Source: an uncultured Candidatus Rokubacteria bacterium
GTDB taxonomy: Bacteria > Methylomirabilota > Methylomirabilia > Rokubacteriales > DASRDR01
Reading direction: 5' to 3'
Assembly (NCBI GenBank): GCA_963826115.1
Contig: CAWGVS010000005.1
Coordinates: 1,952,001 to 2,016,000 of the forward strand
DNA length: 64,000 nt
Position numbers and translations under genes: made by a program. Positions 49,044 to 59,969 of the stretch are shown here, in pieces (position 1 is the first letter of the stretch; each line of letters begins with the position of its first letter). A model generated the notes under the pieces. That model ran no database searches and was not told the DNA's origin. It worked only from the letters and a program-made list of their open reading frames with translations.

Positions 49044-50978
49044 CTAGCGGGCGGCGCTGGCCACGTCGCGACCGAGCGGATCGCCCCTGTAGGCCTGGCC
49101 GGACTTCGGATACCGCACGCTCACCACGAGATCCTGCACCTCCCGGGGCGGCGGCGCCGTCAGGAGGGACACGATCCAGATGGTGAGGATGCCGGCCGGC
49201 AGCCCGAAGATCGCCGAGGCGATCGTCTGGGTGCCGAACCACGACACACCGTAGAACCGGCTTCCGATCATGTAGTAGGCCGTGACGCCGAGGCCGACGA
49301 CCATGCCCCAGCACGCCCCGGTCTTGTTGGCGCGTTTCCACCAGATGCCCATCACCAGCGCGGGGAAGAACGACGCGCCGGCCAGGCTGAACGCCCAGGC
49401 CACCAGCTCGACGATGATCGCCACCCGGTACGTGGCGACGTACGCCGCGACGAGCGCGGTGACGATCAGCAGGACCTTGGTGATCGTCAATCGCACGGCC
49501 AGCGAGGTCCGGGGGTTGATGACGTTGTAGTAGAGGTCGTGGGAGATCGCGTTGGCGATCGTCAGGAGGAGGCCGTCGGCGGTGGACAGGGCCGCCGCCA
49601 GGCCGCCGGCCATGACGAGGCCGGTGATCACGAACGGCAGCCCCGCGATCTCCGGCATCGACAGCACGACGAAGTCGGTTGACCGGATCACGAAGTCCGC
49701 CCACTGCACGATGCCGTCGCCGTTCTTGTCGACGACGCTGAACAGGCCGGCCGGCGCCCAGAGGGTGATCCAGCGCGGCAGCTCCTTGATCTTGGTCCCC
49801 ACCAGCTTCGCGTAGATCGTGAACCGCGCGAAGGCGGCGTAGGCCGGCGCCGTGAAGTACAGCAGGAAGATGAAGAACAGGGACCACGCCACGGAGGTGC
49901 GCGCCTGACGCACGGAGGGCGTGGTGTAGTAGCGAGTCAGGATGTGGGGCAGGCCCGCGGTCCCCACCATGAGACAGAACGTCAGCGCGAGGAAGTTCCA
50001 CATGCCGACGCCGCTCGGCACCGTGAGGTAGCGGCCGAACTGCGCGGTCTCGCTGGTCGCTGGCGCGATCGCCTGGCGCGCCGCGAGGGTGGCCTGGGCC
50101 TTGAGCTTGTCGACGTCGGCGTCCGGCAGGCCGCCGGCCTTGATCTTGGCGTTGGCCTCGTCGGCCTCCTTCTGCCAGAGCCCCCGCGTCTCCTTCTCCT
50201 TGGCGTCGCCGGTGATCTGGAGCGCACGGGTGTTGTTCTGATGGAGAAGCCGGCCGTAGGTCAGCTGCGGGATCGGAATCGCGAAAATGGTCCACGACAG
50301 GTACACGACGGGAACCAGGTACGAGATGATCAGGATGATGTACTGGGCCACCTGGGTCCACGTGACGGACTTCATCCCCCCGAGTACCGAGCAGAACAGC
50401 ACGCCCAGGAGCCCGACGAAGACGCCGACGTTGAAGTCGAGGCCGATGAACCGGGAGACGATCAGTCCGACCCCAGTCACCTGCGCGATCAGATAGGTGA
50501 ACGAGCAGGCGATCGCGGCGATCACGCCGATTACCCGGGGGATGTTGCCGCCGAAACGCGCCCCCAGGAAGTCCGGGATGGTGTACGCCCCGAACTGGCG
50601 AAGGTACGGGCCGAGCAGGACGGCGAGCAGGAGATAACCGCCCGTCCAGCCCATGACGTAGGCAAGCCCGGCGAAGCCCTGGGCGGAGAGCGCCCCGCCC
50701 ATCGAGATGAACGACGCCGCCGACATCCAGTCGGATCCGGTGGCCATCCCGTTGTACACCGCGGGCACGCCGCGCCCGGCCACGTAGTACTGGTCGGGAT
50801 TGGACGTCCGGGTGAGCACGCCGATCACGACGTAGATGGCCAGCGACAGCGCCATGAAGATCCAGCCGATCATCTGGTTGCTGAACAGCCCGATCGCCTC
50901 ACCGATGCCGATCAGGATGGTGACGCCGAGGAACCCGACCGTGTAGAGTCCGAAGATCCTCTGGAGGCTGATCCCCAT
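49044..50978 (-). CDS. actP: sodium:solute symporter, ActP/VC_2705 subfamily
   Basis: YYVAGRG, NGMATGSDWMSAASFI, LMVGTAGLPHIL, AAALSTADGLL. Confidence 0.85.
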   Translation of the reverse strand: MGISLQRIFGLYTVGFLGVTILIGIGEAIGLFSNQMIGWIFMALSLAIYVVIGVLTRTSNPDQYYVAGRGVPAVYNGMATGSDWMSAASFISMGGALSAQGFAGLAYVMGWTGGYLLLAVLLGPYLRQFGAYTIPDFLGARFGGNIPRVIGVIAAIACSFTYLIAQVTGVGLIVSRFIGLDFNVGVFVGLLGVLFCSVLGGMKSVTWTQVAQYIILIISYLVPVVYLSWTIFAIPIPQLTYGRLLHQNNTRALQITGDAKEKETRGLWQKEADEANAKIKAGGLPDADVDKLKAQATLAARQAIAPATSETAQFGRYLTVPSGVGMWNFLALTFCLMVGTAGLPHILTRYYTTPSVRQARTSVAWSLFFIFLLYFTAPAYAAFARFTIYAKLVGTKIKELPRWITLWAPAGLFSVVDKNGDGIVQWADFVIRSTDFVVLSMPEIAGLPFVITGLVMAGGLAAALSTADGLLLTIANAISHDLYYNVINPRTSLAVRLTITKVLLIVTALVAAYVATYRVAIIVELVAWAFSLAGASFFPALVMGIWWKRANKTGACWGMVVGLGVTAYYMIGSRFYGVSWFGTQTIASAIFGLPAGILTIWIVSLLTAPPPREVQDLVVSVRYPKSGQAYRGDPLGRDVASAAR

Positions 50979-50983
50979 GGCGG

Positions 50984-51253
50984 CTAGCCCTCCTCGCGGA
51001 TGCCGAACTCGATGTCCTTCCGGTTCATCAGGCGGGCGTAGACGGCGATCTCGATGACGAAGATCGCGAGCGCCCCCTGGGCCGCCATGTAGTAGCCGAG
51101 CGGGAAGCCGAGGAACGAGAACTGGTTGAGCCAGCTCGCCCACAGGCCCGAGATCAGATACGTCACCACGAACCAGATCGTCAGCAGGATGGTGGTGAGC
51201 TTGATGTTGTACTGCCAGTACTCCTGCTTCTGACGTTCACTCAGGTCGGCCAT
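50984..51253 (-). CDS. DUF4212 symporter small subunit
   Basis: YWQYN...WFVVTY...GFPLGYYMAAQGA; directly upstream of the symporter. Confidence 0.88.
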   Translation of the reverse strand: MADLSERQKQEYWQYNIKLTTILLTIWFVVTYLISGLWASWLNQFSFLGFPLGYYMAAQGALAIFVIEIAVYARLMNRKDIEFGIREEG

Positions 51254-51625
51254 GGAGCCCTCCATTGGGCCAGTCAGGGGTCAACGGGACGAGGCCACCT
51301 CGGACGTTACATGGCGCTCGTCAAGCCCCGCTCGGCAACCGGGTGAACCGACTTAGTGGTCGTCGTCCTCGGAGGGAGCCTCGCGAGCGGGCGGGGCTCC
51401 TGTTCGACCACGAGCGTGTCAGTTCCTGCCACGCCAGTGGACCGGAGGAAATGGCATCGGAGGGTACGACAGAAGCAGGGAGCGTGCTAGGTAACCCAGG
51501 CTCCTGCTCTGCCTATCATTGCCAGTAGCTTGCTTCCAATCGCAGAATCCGTTGAATCCAGGCGACCTGGCGGTGTCTGAACCATGGTGTCCATACCATG
51601 CGCACGCGGGGCTCCGCGCCGCGGT

Positions 51626-53030
51626 TCAGGGTGCCGGCTCGGGGGACGATTCGCCCGCGACGGCCCGCGAGCGGAGACCGTAGCGGACCATCTTCTCCCA
51701 GAGGTTCTTGTTGTCCATGTCGGCGTGACGCGCGCGCGGCGGAGAGCTTGCCGCCGTGGAGCCCGAGGACGCCCGCCACGTACGCCCGCTCGAACTCCTC
51801 GACGACGCGCGCCTTCGCCTCGCGGAAGGGCAGCGTCAGGTCGACGACGGCCTGGTCCGCGCCGTTCGGCGCCAGGAATGGCGCCACGTCGGCGATCACG
51901 TCTTCGCGCGCGATGATGACCGCGCGCTCGACGACGTTCTCGAGCTCCCGTGCGTTCCCGGGCCAGGGATAGCGGACCAGGGCCTCGAGGGCGGCGGGGG
52001 CGAAGCTCCGGACGTTCTTCTTGCACCGCCGGGCGCTCTCGACGAGAAAGTGCGCGGCGAGGGGCGGGATGTCCTCGACTCTCTCGCGGAGCGGGGGAAC
52101 GCGGAGCGGGAACACGGAGAGTCGGTAGAACAGGTCTCGCCGGAACGCTCCGCTCTCCACGGCCTCCCGGAGGTCCTGGTTCGTGGTCGCGATGAACCGG
52201 ACGTCGATGTCGACCGGACGCTCGGCGCCGATCGGTGTGATCTTCTTCTCCTCGATCGCCCGCAGCAGCTTCGACTGGAGGGCGAGCGGCATCTCGCCGA
52301 TCTCGTCGAGGAGGAGCGTGCCGCCGCTCGCCACCTGGAAATGCCCCCGCCGCGGCTCGGAAGCGCCGGTGAAGGCGCCGCGCCGGTATCCGAAGAGCTC
52401 CGACTCGAACAGCTCCTCGGGAATCGCGGCGCAGTTGACGGCGACGAACGTCTTGTCGCGTCGCGGCCCGGCGAAGTGGAGGGTCCGCGCGAGCAGCTCC
52501 TTACCGACGCCCGTCTCGCCGTGAATCAGCACGGTGGTGTCCAGCTGCGCGACCTCGCTCAGGAGCGCCATGATGTCGAGCATCTTGGGGCTCTTGGCCA
52601 CGAGGTTCGTCAAGGTGAACCGCTCCAGGTTCCGTCGGAGCGACTGCCGGCGCTGGGCGCGAAGCTCGCGGAACTCGAGCGCCCGTCGCAGGACCAGGAG
52701 GATCTCGTCCGGCTCGAACGGCTTGACCAGGTAGTCCTCGGCCCCCAGCCGGGTGGCCTCGACCGCGGCGCCGATGGTGCCGTAGGCGGTCATCACGACC
52801 ACGCCGATCTCCGGGTGCTCCGTCTTCAGCTGGCGAACGACCTGGACGCCGTCCATGCCCGGCAGGCGCTGGTCGGTCAGCGCGAGGTCGACGTCCTCGC
52901 GCTTGAGGAGGTCCAGCGCCTCCTCGCCGCTGGAAGCGGTCAGGACCTCGAAGCCCTCGAGCTCGAGGGCGCGCCGCAGGGGGCGCAGGAAGACCTCGTC
53001 ATCCTCGACGATCAGCACTCGCCGCTTCAT
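51626..53030 (-). CDS. sigma54-dependent response regulator (NtrC/CbrB type); frameshift near 51735 in the Fis HTH
   Basis: REC (VEDD, TDQRLPG), GETGVGKE, GAFTGA, WPGNARELEN; HTH continues ARHADMDNKNLWEKMVRYGL in another frame to a stop at 51626. Confidence 0.9.
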
Positions 53031-55987
53031 CCAGCACTCCCGCCGGGAGAGCAATCACCACGCGCGTCCCCCGCCCCGGCTCCGAGGTGACACGGATCTC
53101 GCCCGCGTGCAGGTCCACGATCTTCTTGACGATGGCCAGGCCGAGCCCGGTGCCCGTCGGCTTCGTCGTGTAGAACGGCAGAAACATCCGCTCTCGCTCC
53201 TCGAACGTCATCCCGATCCCGTTGTCGGCGACCTCGAACACGACCTGCCCGTCGAATCCCCGGCAGGTGACCTCGACGCGGCCGCCGGGCCGCCGGTCGG
53301 CGGCGTCGATCGCGTTGTGAACGACGTTCATCAGCACCTGCCGAAGCCGGTGCCCGTCGACGTGCGCGACGACGACGCTCGGAAACGTGTGGCACGAGAG
53401 GGCGACCCCCCGGGTCCGCGCGTCGGGCTCCAGATGCCGCACCGCCTCGCGCATGATCCGCTCGACGTCGAACGGCTGGCGGTCCAGGCGCGTCTCCCGG
53501 GTGTAGTCGAGCAGGTGGCTCACGATGGACTCGATCTCGACAACCCCGGACCGCATGCTCTCCGTCATCTCCCGCGAGAGCGCGTCGCCGCCGTGCTTCG
53601 AGAGGACCGCCATGGCCATCTTGATCCCGCCCAGCGGGTTCCGGATCTCGTGGGCAACGCCCGCCGCCATCTGGCCGAGCGACGCGAGCGTCTCCTGCTG
53701 GATCAGCCGCCGCTGGAGCTCGTAGCTGCTCGGTGAGGTCGCGCAGCACGCCGACGGTGCCCAGGACCTGCCCGCCCGGATCGACGATCGGCGTGACGGC
53801 CAGGTGCGCCGGCAGATCCCGCGCGGATCGCGTCCGCACCCTGACCTCCCCCTTCCAGGCGTAGGCGCCGCTGAACGCCTGGCCCGCGTGGCCACTGGAC
53901 CGGCCCGTGCCGAGGAGCTCCCACCAGTGCGCCCCGGCCAGCTCGGCCTGCGAGGCGCCGAAGAGGCGTTCCCCGGCCGGGTTCACGGTCACCAGGCGCC
54001 CGCTGGTGTCCGTCGTGACGATGCAGTCGTCCACGCTCCGCACCACGCTCGCCAGCAGCCGCTCGTTGTGCCGCGCCTCCTCTTCGGTCGTCTGGAGGGA
54101 GTGGCGGAGCTCCTGGAACGACTCCACGAGGCGCTCCGCCTCGCCCGTCGACAGCGTGAAGCGGTCCTCCACGATGAAGCGCGCCGCCGCCGCCCCGAGC
54201 GATGCCGCGAGGCGCTTTTCCAGCCGGATGCGGATCTCGAGGAGCTCGGGAGGCGTGAGCTCGTCCGGCGCCTTGGTGCCCAGCACCTCCCCGGTGATGA
54301 CGGCCGCCTCGGGCCCGCCCACGTAGTGATGGACGATGCGCTCGATCTCCCGGGGCGTGAGGATGGCTCCGACGGGCGTGGTCGGAGCGCCAGGAAAGCG
54401 CCCGGTGAAGGCCGCCGCCTGGAGCCGCTCCTCCGCGTCCTGGCGGGTGGCCAGCGAGACGAAGATGTAGCCGGCCAAGTTCGCCAGCAGGGACCAGAAG
54501 AGCCCGTGGCTCAGCGAGTCGAGCCCCGCGAGGCCGAACAGCTCGGTCGGGCGCAGCCAGGCTTGCCCGAACAGCCCCGATTCCAGGATCGACGACCCCA
54601 CCACGCCTTCCTTCACCAGCACCGGGACGATCAGCGTGTAGAACCAGAGCCCGAAGCCGGCAGAGATGCCCGTGACCGCGCCGCGCCGGTTCCCACGCGG
54701 CCAGACGAGCCCGAGCAGGATCGCCGGCGCGCACTGCGTCACCGCGACGAAGGAGAGCAGGCCCATCTCGACCAGCAGGAAGCGGCCGGCCGCCAGCGAC
54801 GTCCAGCCGTACCCCAGAAACACCACCAGCAGGATGCACAGACGCATCGAGCGGAGGCTCGCGCGGTAGATGTCCCGGCTCCGATTGCGGAGCAGGATCG
54901 GGACGATGATGTCGTTCGTCAGCATCTTCGACAGCGCGAGTGAGTCGACCACGATCATCGCGGTCGCCGCCGAGAAGCCTCCGAGGAACACGAGGATCGA
55001 CAGCGCCGGACTGCCGGCCGACATCGGCAGGAGCAGCACGAACTGGTCCGCTTGCGTGCGCGGCAGCGTCAACAGCCCGGCGATCGCGATCGGAAGGACG
55101 AACAAGTTGATGAGGAAGAGGTAGAGCGGGAACATCCACGACACGGCGGCCACGTGCCGCTCGTCCTGGTTCTGCACCACGAGGACGTGGAACTGCCGCG
55201 GCAGGAACATGACGGCCATCATCGAGACGATCAGCATCGCCGCCCAGCGCGAGAAGGACGCCGCCGGCGACTCGCCGAGGGTGACCAGCCGGCCGAGGGC
55301 GGGATCGGCGAGGAGCCGGCCGAACAGGTCGCCGAATCCGCCGAAGAGGACCCACGTCACGTAGGCGCCGGCCGTGAGAAACGCGAGCAGCTTGACGACC
55401 GATTCGACGGCGACCGCGGTCAGCAGGCCTCGCTGGGCCCGGGTGAAGTCCGGGTTGCGCGCGCCGAACAGGATGCCGAAGAGGCCCAGGACGACCGCCA
55501 CCAGGAGCGTGGGGTCGAACCGGTCCAGGATCGCTTCCTGCTGGAGCATCACCTTGAAGGACTGGGACACCGCCTGCAACTGGAGCGCGATGTACGGGAT
55601 CAGGCCGACCACGACGAGGCCGGCCACGAGAGCGCCGAGCGGGGCGGACTTGCCGTACCGGCTCGAGATGAAGTCCGAGATGGAGGTGATCCGCTGCTCT
55701 TTGGCGATCCGGACGAGGCGTCGGAGCAGGATCGGCCAGAGGAGCGCGATCAGCGCCGGGCCCAGGTAGATGGTCAGGAACTCGAGCCCCTGGTTGGCGG
55801 CGAGGCCCACGCTCCCGTAGAAGGTCCACGCCGTGCAGTACACCGACGCGGTGAGGACGTAGGTGAGCATCTGGAGCCGCGGTCGCTCCAGCCGCCGCGT
55901 GCGCTCCGCCCAGTAGGCGACCCCGAACAGGAAGAGCAGGTAGCCGACGACGATCGAGAGGAGCGGGCCGTAGCGGAGCCAGCTCAT
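52999..55987 (-). CDS. SLC5 (Na+/solute symporter)-STAC-PAS-histidine kinase, CrbS/CbrA family (frameshift near 53727)
   Basis: YCTAWTFYGSVG, LPRQFHV, STAC-like EKRLAASLGAAAAR and a PAS domain; after one extra base LGQMAAGVAHEIRNPL, N box, DNGIG, GTGLGL. Confidence 0.88.
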
Positions 55988-56000
55988 CGCAGCCGCTCCC

Positions 56001-56195
56001 TCACCAGTTCGAGTCCCGTCCGCCCGCGAGCCAGAAGAGGACCCCGATGATCCCCGCCCACACCAGGAACAGGTACAGGACCAGGGACGGAATACCGAAG
56101 ACCGCCACCGGCCGATTGACCACGGTCAGGAAGGGCCAGGACAGGAGGATCAGGCCCAGCGCAAACAGGGCAACGAGGAGATCCTTGCTCTTCAT
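56001..56195 (-). CDS. small two-TM protein (CbrX/DUF3311-like symporter partner)
   Basis: MKSKDLLVALFALGLILLSWPF...VFGIPSLVLYLFLVW, immediately upstream of the SLC5 kinase. Confidence 0.75.
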   Translation of the reverse strand: MKSKDLLVALFALGLILLSWPFLTVVNRPVAVFGIPSLVLYLFLVWAGIIGVLFWLAGGRDSNW

Positions 56196-56235
56196 CGAGT
56201 TCCCCGGGCGCCACCGGCGCCGGTAGGTCGGGGGG

Positions 56236-56241
56236 ATTATA
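56236..56241 (-). promoter_or_regulatory. -10 element for the small protein/kinase/regulator operon
   Basis: Perfect TATAAT in a GC-rich intergenic region. Confidence 0.5.
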
Positions 56242-56381
56242 GGCTCCCGCCCCGGGCGTGACCAGACGCGCTGGGTCGACTCCTCCCCGCGCGGGACCGT
56301 CCCGGCGCAGGGAAAGAGGCCCGTCGGATCGATCCGAGCACGCCGTACCCCCCGGCGCGGTCGCGAGTATACTGACTGTGC

Positions 56382-58610
56382 ATGCGCTTCAATCTGCGCC
56401 TGCTGACGGCCATTTGGCTGTCGGTCGTCGTCGTTCTCGGGGCGTTCGCGTACGTCTCGGTCGAGCGGGAGCGCACCCGTCTGTCCACCGAGCTCGAGCG
56501 TCGCTCGTGGCTGCTCGGCGAGGGGCTCAAGGAGGCCGTGGAGCCCCTCATCGACCGCGGTCCGCGCGGGCAGATCCAGCGCATCGTCGAGCGCTTCGGG
56601 AGCTCGGCGCGCGGGGTCGCCGTGTACGACCGATCCGGCGCGCTCGTCGCGGCGACGTCCCAGTGGGCGTCCCTTCTGCAGGCGCCCCTGCCGGCCGTGC
56701 CCCTGGCGCTCGCCGATATCGCGCCCAAGCAGGGCTTCCAGACCATCCGAGACCGCCAGACCTACTACTACGCGGTGCCCCTCGTCAGCGACAACCGGGC
56801 CCGCGGCGTACTCGTCATCCTGTCGGACGCCACCCACATCGACCGCGCGCGATGGGAGCTGGCGCAGCAGCACCTCATCCGCTTCGCCGTGCTCGTGGCC
56901 CTGCTGAGCCTGGTCACGATGCTCGTCGTGCGCCGCAGCGTGACACACCCGTTGAATCGTCTGGCCGAGTGGGCGCGTCAGCTCCGGGCCGGCCAGCCCG
57001 ACCCGCCGCCGCCGATGTCCGATCCGGATCTGTTCGGGCCCCTGGCCTCCGAGGTGCGGGACCTCGCCCGAAGCCTGGCCAAGGCGCGGGTGGCGATCGC
57101 CGAGGAGGCGCGCCTGCGTCTCCGGGGCGAGGCGGTGTGGACCGAGGAGCGGCTCACCCAGTTCGCGCGGGCCCGGCTCGGGGAGCGGCCCCTGGTCGTG
57201 GTCTCGAACCGAGAGCCGGTGAGCCACGTGCGGCGCGGGCGCGCGATCGTCCCCTTGACGCCGGCGAGCGGCGTCGTCACCGCGATGGAGCCCATCATGC
57301 GCGCGTGCGGCGGCGTCTGGGTCGCCCACGGCAGCGGTGACGCCGACCGCGACGTCGTCGACGAGCGCAGCATGGTGCGCCTGCCGCCGGACGCGCCTCG
57401 ATACGCGCTGAAGCGGCTGTGGCTCTCGGAGGAGGAGGAGACCGGCTACTACTACGGGTTTGCGAACGAGGGCCTGTGGCCGCTCTGCCACATCGTCCAC
57501 GCGCGGCCGATCTTCCGCCCCGAGGACTGGCGCCAGTACGAGGCCGTCAACCAGAAGTTCGCCGACGCCGTGCTCGAGGTGATCGCCGAAACGGACGACC
57601 CGGCCGTCCTGATCCAGGACTATCACTTCGCCCTCCTGCCGCGTCTGATCAAGGAGAAGCGCCCGGATGCCCACGTCGCGCTCTTCTGGCACATCCCGTG
57701 GCCCAACGCGGAGGCGTTCGGCATCTGCCCGTGGCAGACGGAGATCCTCGACGGGATGCTCGGCGCCGATCTGGTCGGGTTCCACACGCAGTTCCACTGC
57801 AACAACTTCCTCGAGACGGTGGACCGGGTCGTCGAGGCCCGGATCGACTGGGAGCACTTCTCGGTCGCGCGGAACCAACGCGTCACGCTCGTCAAGCCGT
57901 TTCCGATCAGCGTCGCTCCCCGTTTCGTCGACGAGCCCCCCAGCACCAGCCGGGCCGCGCTCATGGCGGAGCTCGGCATCGACGTGGAGTTCCTGGGCGT
58001 GGGGGTCGAGCGCATCGACTACACCAAGGGCCTCCCGGAGCGATTCGCCGCGATCCGCCGCTTCTTCGCGCAGCACCCCGAGTATCACGGGCGGCTGACG
58101 TTCGTCCAGCTCGCCGCGCCGAGCCGGAGCCGCATCACGCGCTACCACGCCCTCGAGGAGGAGCTCGACCAGCTGGCCGGCCAGATCAACGGCGAGCTCG
58201 GGAGCGGGAGCTGGCGGCCCATCGTCCTCCTCAAGGGCCACCACGACCACCGGGACGTCTGGCCGTTCTACCGCTGGGCGGACTTCGTGATGGTGACGTC
58301 GCTCCACGACGGCATGAACCTCGTCGCCAAGGAGTTCGTGTCCGTCCGGGACGACGGCGACGGCGTGCTCATCCTGAGCCGGTTCACCGGCGCCGCCCGG
58401 GAGCTCCGCGACGCCCTGCTCGTCAATCCCTACGACGTCGACGAGATGGCCGAGGCGATCCGCAGCGCCATCGAGATGCCGCCCGGCGAGCGGCGAAGCC
58501 GCATGGCGCGGATGCGCCAGACCGTGCGCGAGCACAACATCTACCGCTGGGCCGGTCTCCTGCTGGGCGAGCTCGCGCGGCTGCCCGGCCAATCCGATCT
58601 CGCCGACTGA
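56382..58610 (+). CDS. otsA: trehalose-6-phosphate synthase (GT20) with N-terminal TM-sensor-TM-HAMP extension
   Basis: [58 protein letters not shown]; ~265-aa membrane-sensor N-terminus. Confidence 0.9.
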   Translation: MRFNLRLLTAIWLSVVVVLGAFAYVSVERERTRLSTELERRSWLLGEGLKEAVEPLIDRGPRGQIQRIVERFGSSARGVAVYDRSGALVAATSQWASLLQAPLPAVPLALADIAPKQGFQTIRDRQTYYYAVPLVSDNRARGVLVILSDATHIDRARWELAQQHLIRFAVLVALLSLVTMLVVRRSVTHPLNRLAEWARQLRAGQPDPPPPMSDPDLFGPLASEVRDLARSLAKARVAIAEEARLRLRGEAVWTEERLTQFARARLGERPLVVVSNREPVSHVRRGRAIVPLTPASGVVTAMEPIMRACGGVWVAHGSGDADRDVVDERSMVRLPPDAPRYALKRLWLSEEEETGYYYGFANEGLWPLCHIVHARPIFRPEDWRQYEAVNQKFADAVLEVIAETDDPAVLIQDYHFALLPRLIKEKRPDAHVALFWHIPWPNAEAFGICPWQTEILDGMLGADLVGFHTQFHCNNFLETVDRVVEARIDWEHFSVARNQRVTLVKPFPISVAPRFVDEPPSTSRAALMAELGIDVEFLGVGVERIDYTKGLPERFAAIRRFFAQHPEYHGRLTFVQLAAPSRSRITRYHALEEELDQLAGQINGELGSGSWRPIVLLKGHHDHRDVWPFYRWADFVMVTSLHDGMNLVAKEFVSVRDDGDGVLILSRFTGAARELRDALLVNPYDVDEMAEAIRSAIEMPPGERRSRMARMRQTVREHNIYRWAGLLLGELARLPGQSDLAD

Positions 58611-58646
58611 CCGGGGCCCCCCGACCGGGCCTGCCCTCTCCGCGCC

Positions 58647-59969
58647 GTGCGACTCCGTTTGGCGCTCGACCCCGCGCTGCGCCAGCTCCTGCGCAACGCG
58701 GGATGGCTCCTCCTCTCCGACGGCACCGTGCTGGTGGCCGGGCTCCTCGGAACGCTGGTCGCCGCCCGGGCGCTCGGCGCCGAGGAGTTCGGTCGCATCA
58801 CGCTCGTGTGGAGTGTCGTCGGGGTCGCGCACCTCCTGGTGGACGTTCGGGTCTGGGAAGCGGTCACCCGATACCTGACCGAGTTCACGAGCCGGCACCA
58901 GGCCGGGCTCGCGCTCGCCACCCTCAAGCTCGCGCTCCTCGTGGAAGGGGCGGTGGCGATCCTCGGCTTCGGCTTGGTGTGGCTCGCCTCTCCGTGGGTG
59001 GCGACCCGGCTCTTCAAGGATCCCTCCCTGCAGCCGCTCATCCTTCTGGGAGCGGTGACGCTGGTGGCGAGCGCCTTCGACCGGACGGCGCGCGCGGTGC
59101 TCCGGGTGTTCGACCGCTTCCGGATCCTCGGCTTCTGCTCGGCGATCGAGGCGCTGTTGAGCCTCGGCCTGGTGATCGCCGCCGTGACCGCCGGCGCCCG
59201 GGCGCGGGGCGTCCTCGTCGCTCATCTCGCCGCCGCCGCGGCGGGGGCCTTCCTGCTGCTGGTGGTGGCCGGCCGCGAAGTCCGCGCGAGGCTCTGGGCA
59301 GCGCGGGCATCGGCCCCGCTCGCCATCGTGAGCCCCTACCGGCGCGAGATGCTGGCCTTCGTCGGCTACAGCGCCGCCCGAGCATCGCTGAAAGTGGTGA
59401 CGCGGCGCCTCGATCTCCTGCTTCTCGGGCACTACCGGTCGCCGGCGGAAGTCGGGATGTACGGTGCCGCCTTGCGGCTGGCCCAGACCATGGAGGAGAT
59501 CAGCGATCCGCTGTACTTCGCCGCCTTTCCCCAGCTCGCCCGGGCCTGGGTGGAGGCGCGCGACGAGTTCTTCCGCCTCTTGCGCTCGATGGCGGCCGGC
59601 CTCGCGGTCCTCACCTCCGCGGTCGTGGCCGCGGGAGCGGTCGGAGCGCCGCTGATCGTCGCCCTCGCGCTGGGGCCGAGCTACGCGGCGTCCGTGGAAC
59701 CCCTTCGCCTGCTCCTGTTCGCCACCGGCGTCGCGGTCGCAACGCTCTGGGCTACTCCCGCGATGCTCGGGAGCGGACACCCCGCGGCGGCGACGGCGGC
59801 CGCGGCGGCCGGGGCGGCGTGCCTCGCCGTCCTGCTCGTGGCGCTCGTGCCGACATGGGGGGCCACGGGAGCAGGCTGGGCCCGCGTCGGCGGAGCACTC
59901 GGGTACCTGGCCGTGGTGCTGCCCTGGCTGGTCCGGGCCAGACGCCAAGCGTCGCGCGGTACGCGCTAG
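58647..59969 (+). CDS. Wzx-like oligosaccharide flippase (MOP superfamily)
   Basis: LLRNAGW, ARALGAEEFG, DLLLLG, VGMYGAA; about 12 TM helices. Confidence 0.82.
   Translation: MRLRLALDPALRQLLRNAGWLLLSDGTVLVAGLLGTLVAARALGAEEFGRITLVWSVVGVAHLLVDVRVWEAVTRYLTEFTSRHQAGLALATLKLALLVEGAVAILGFGLVWLASPWVATRLFKDPSLQPLILLGAVTLVASAFDRTARAVLRVFDRFRILGFCSAIEALLSLGLVIAAVTAGARARGVLVAHLAAAAAGAFLLLVVAGREVRARLWAARASAPLAIVSPYRREMLAFVGYSAARASLKVVTRRLDLLLLGHYRSPAEVGMYGAALRLAQTMEEISDPLYFAAFPQLARAWVEARDEFFRLLRSMAAGLAVLTSAVVAAGAVGAPLIVALALGPSYAASVEPLRLLLFATGVAVATLWATPAMLGSGHPAAATAAAAAGAACLAVLLVALVPTWGATGAGWARVGGALGYLAVVLPWLVRARRQASRGTR

Noticed and set aside
56001-59948. 1315-aa minus-strand ORF
   Set aside because: Antisense shadow of otsA and the flippase in GC-rich DNA; only the last 64 aa form a real gene
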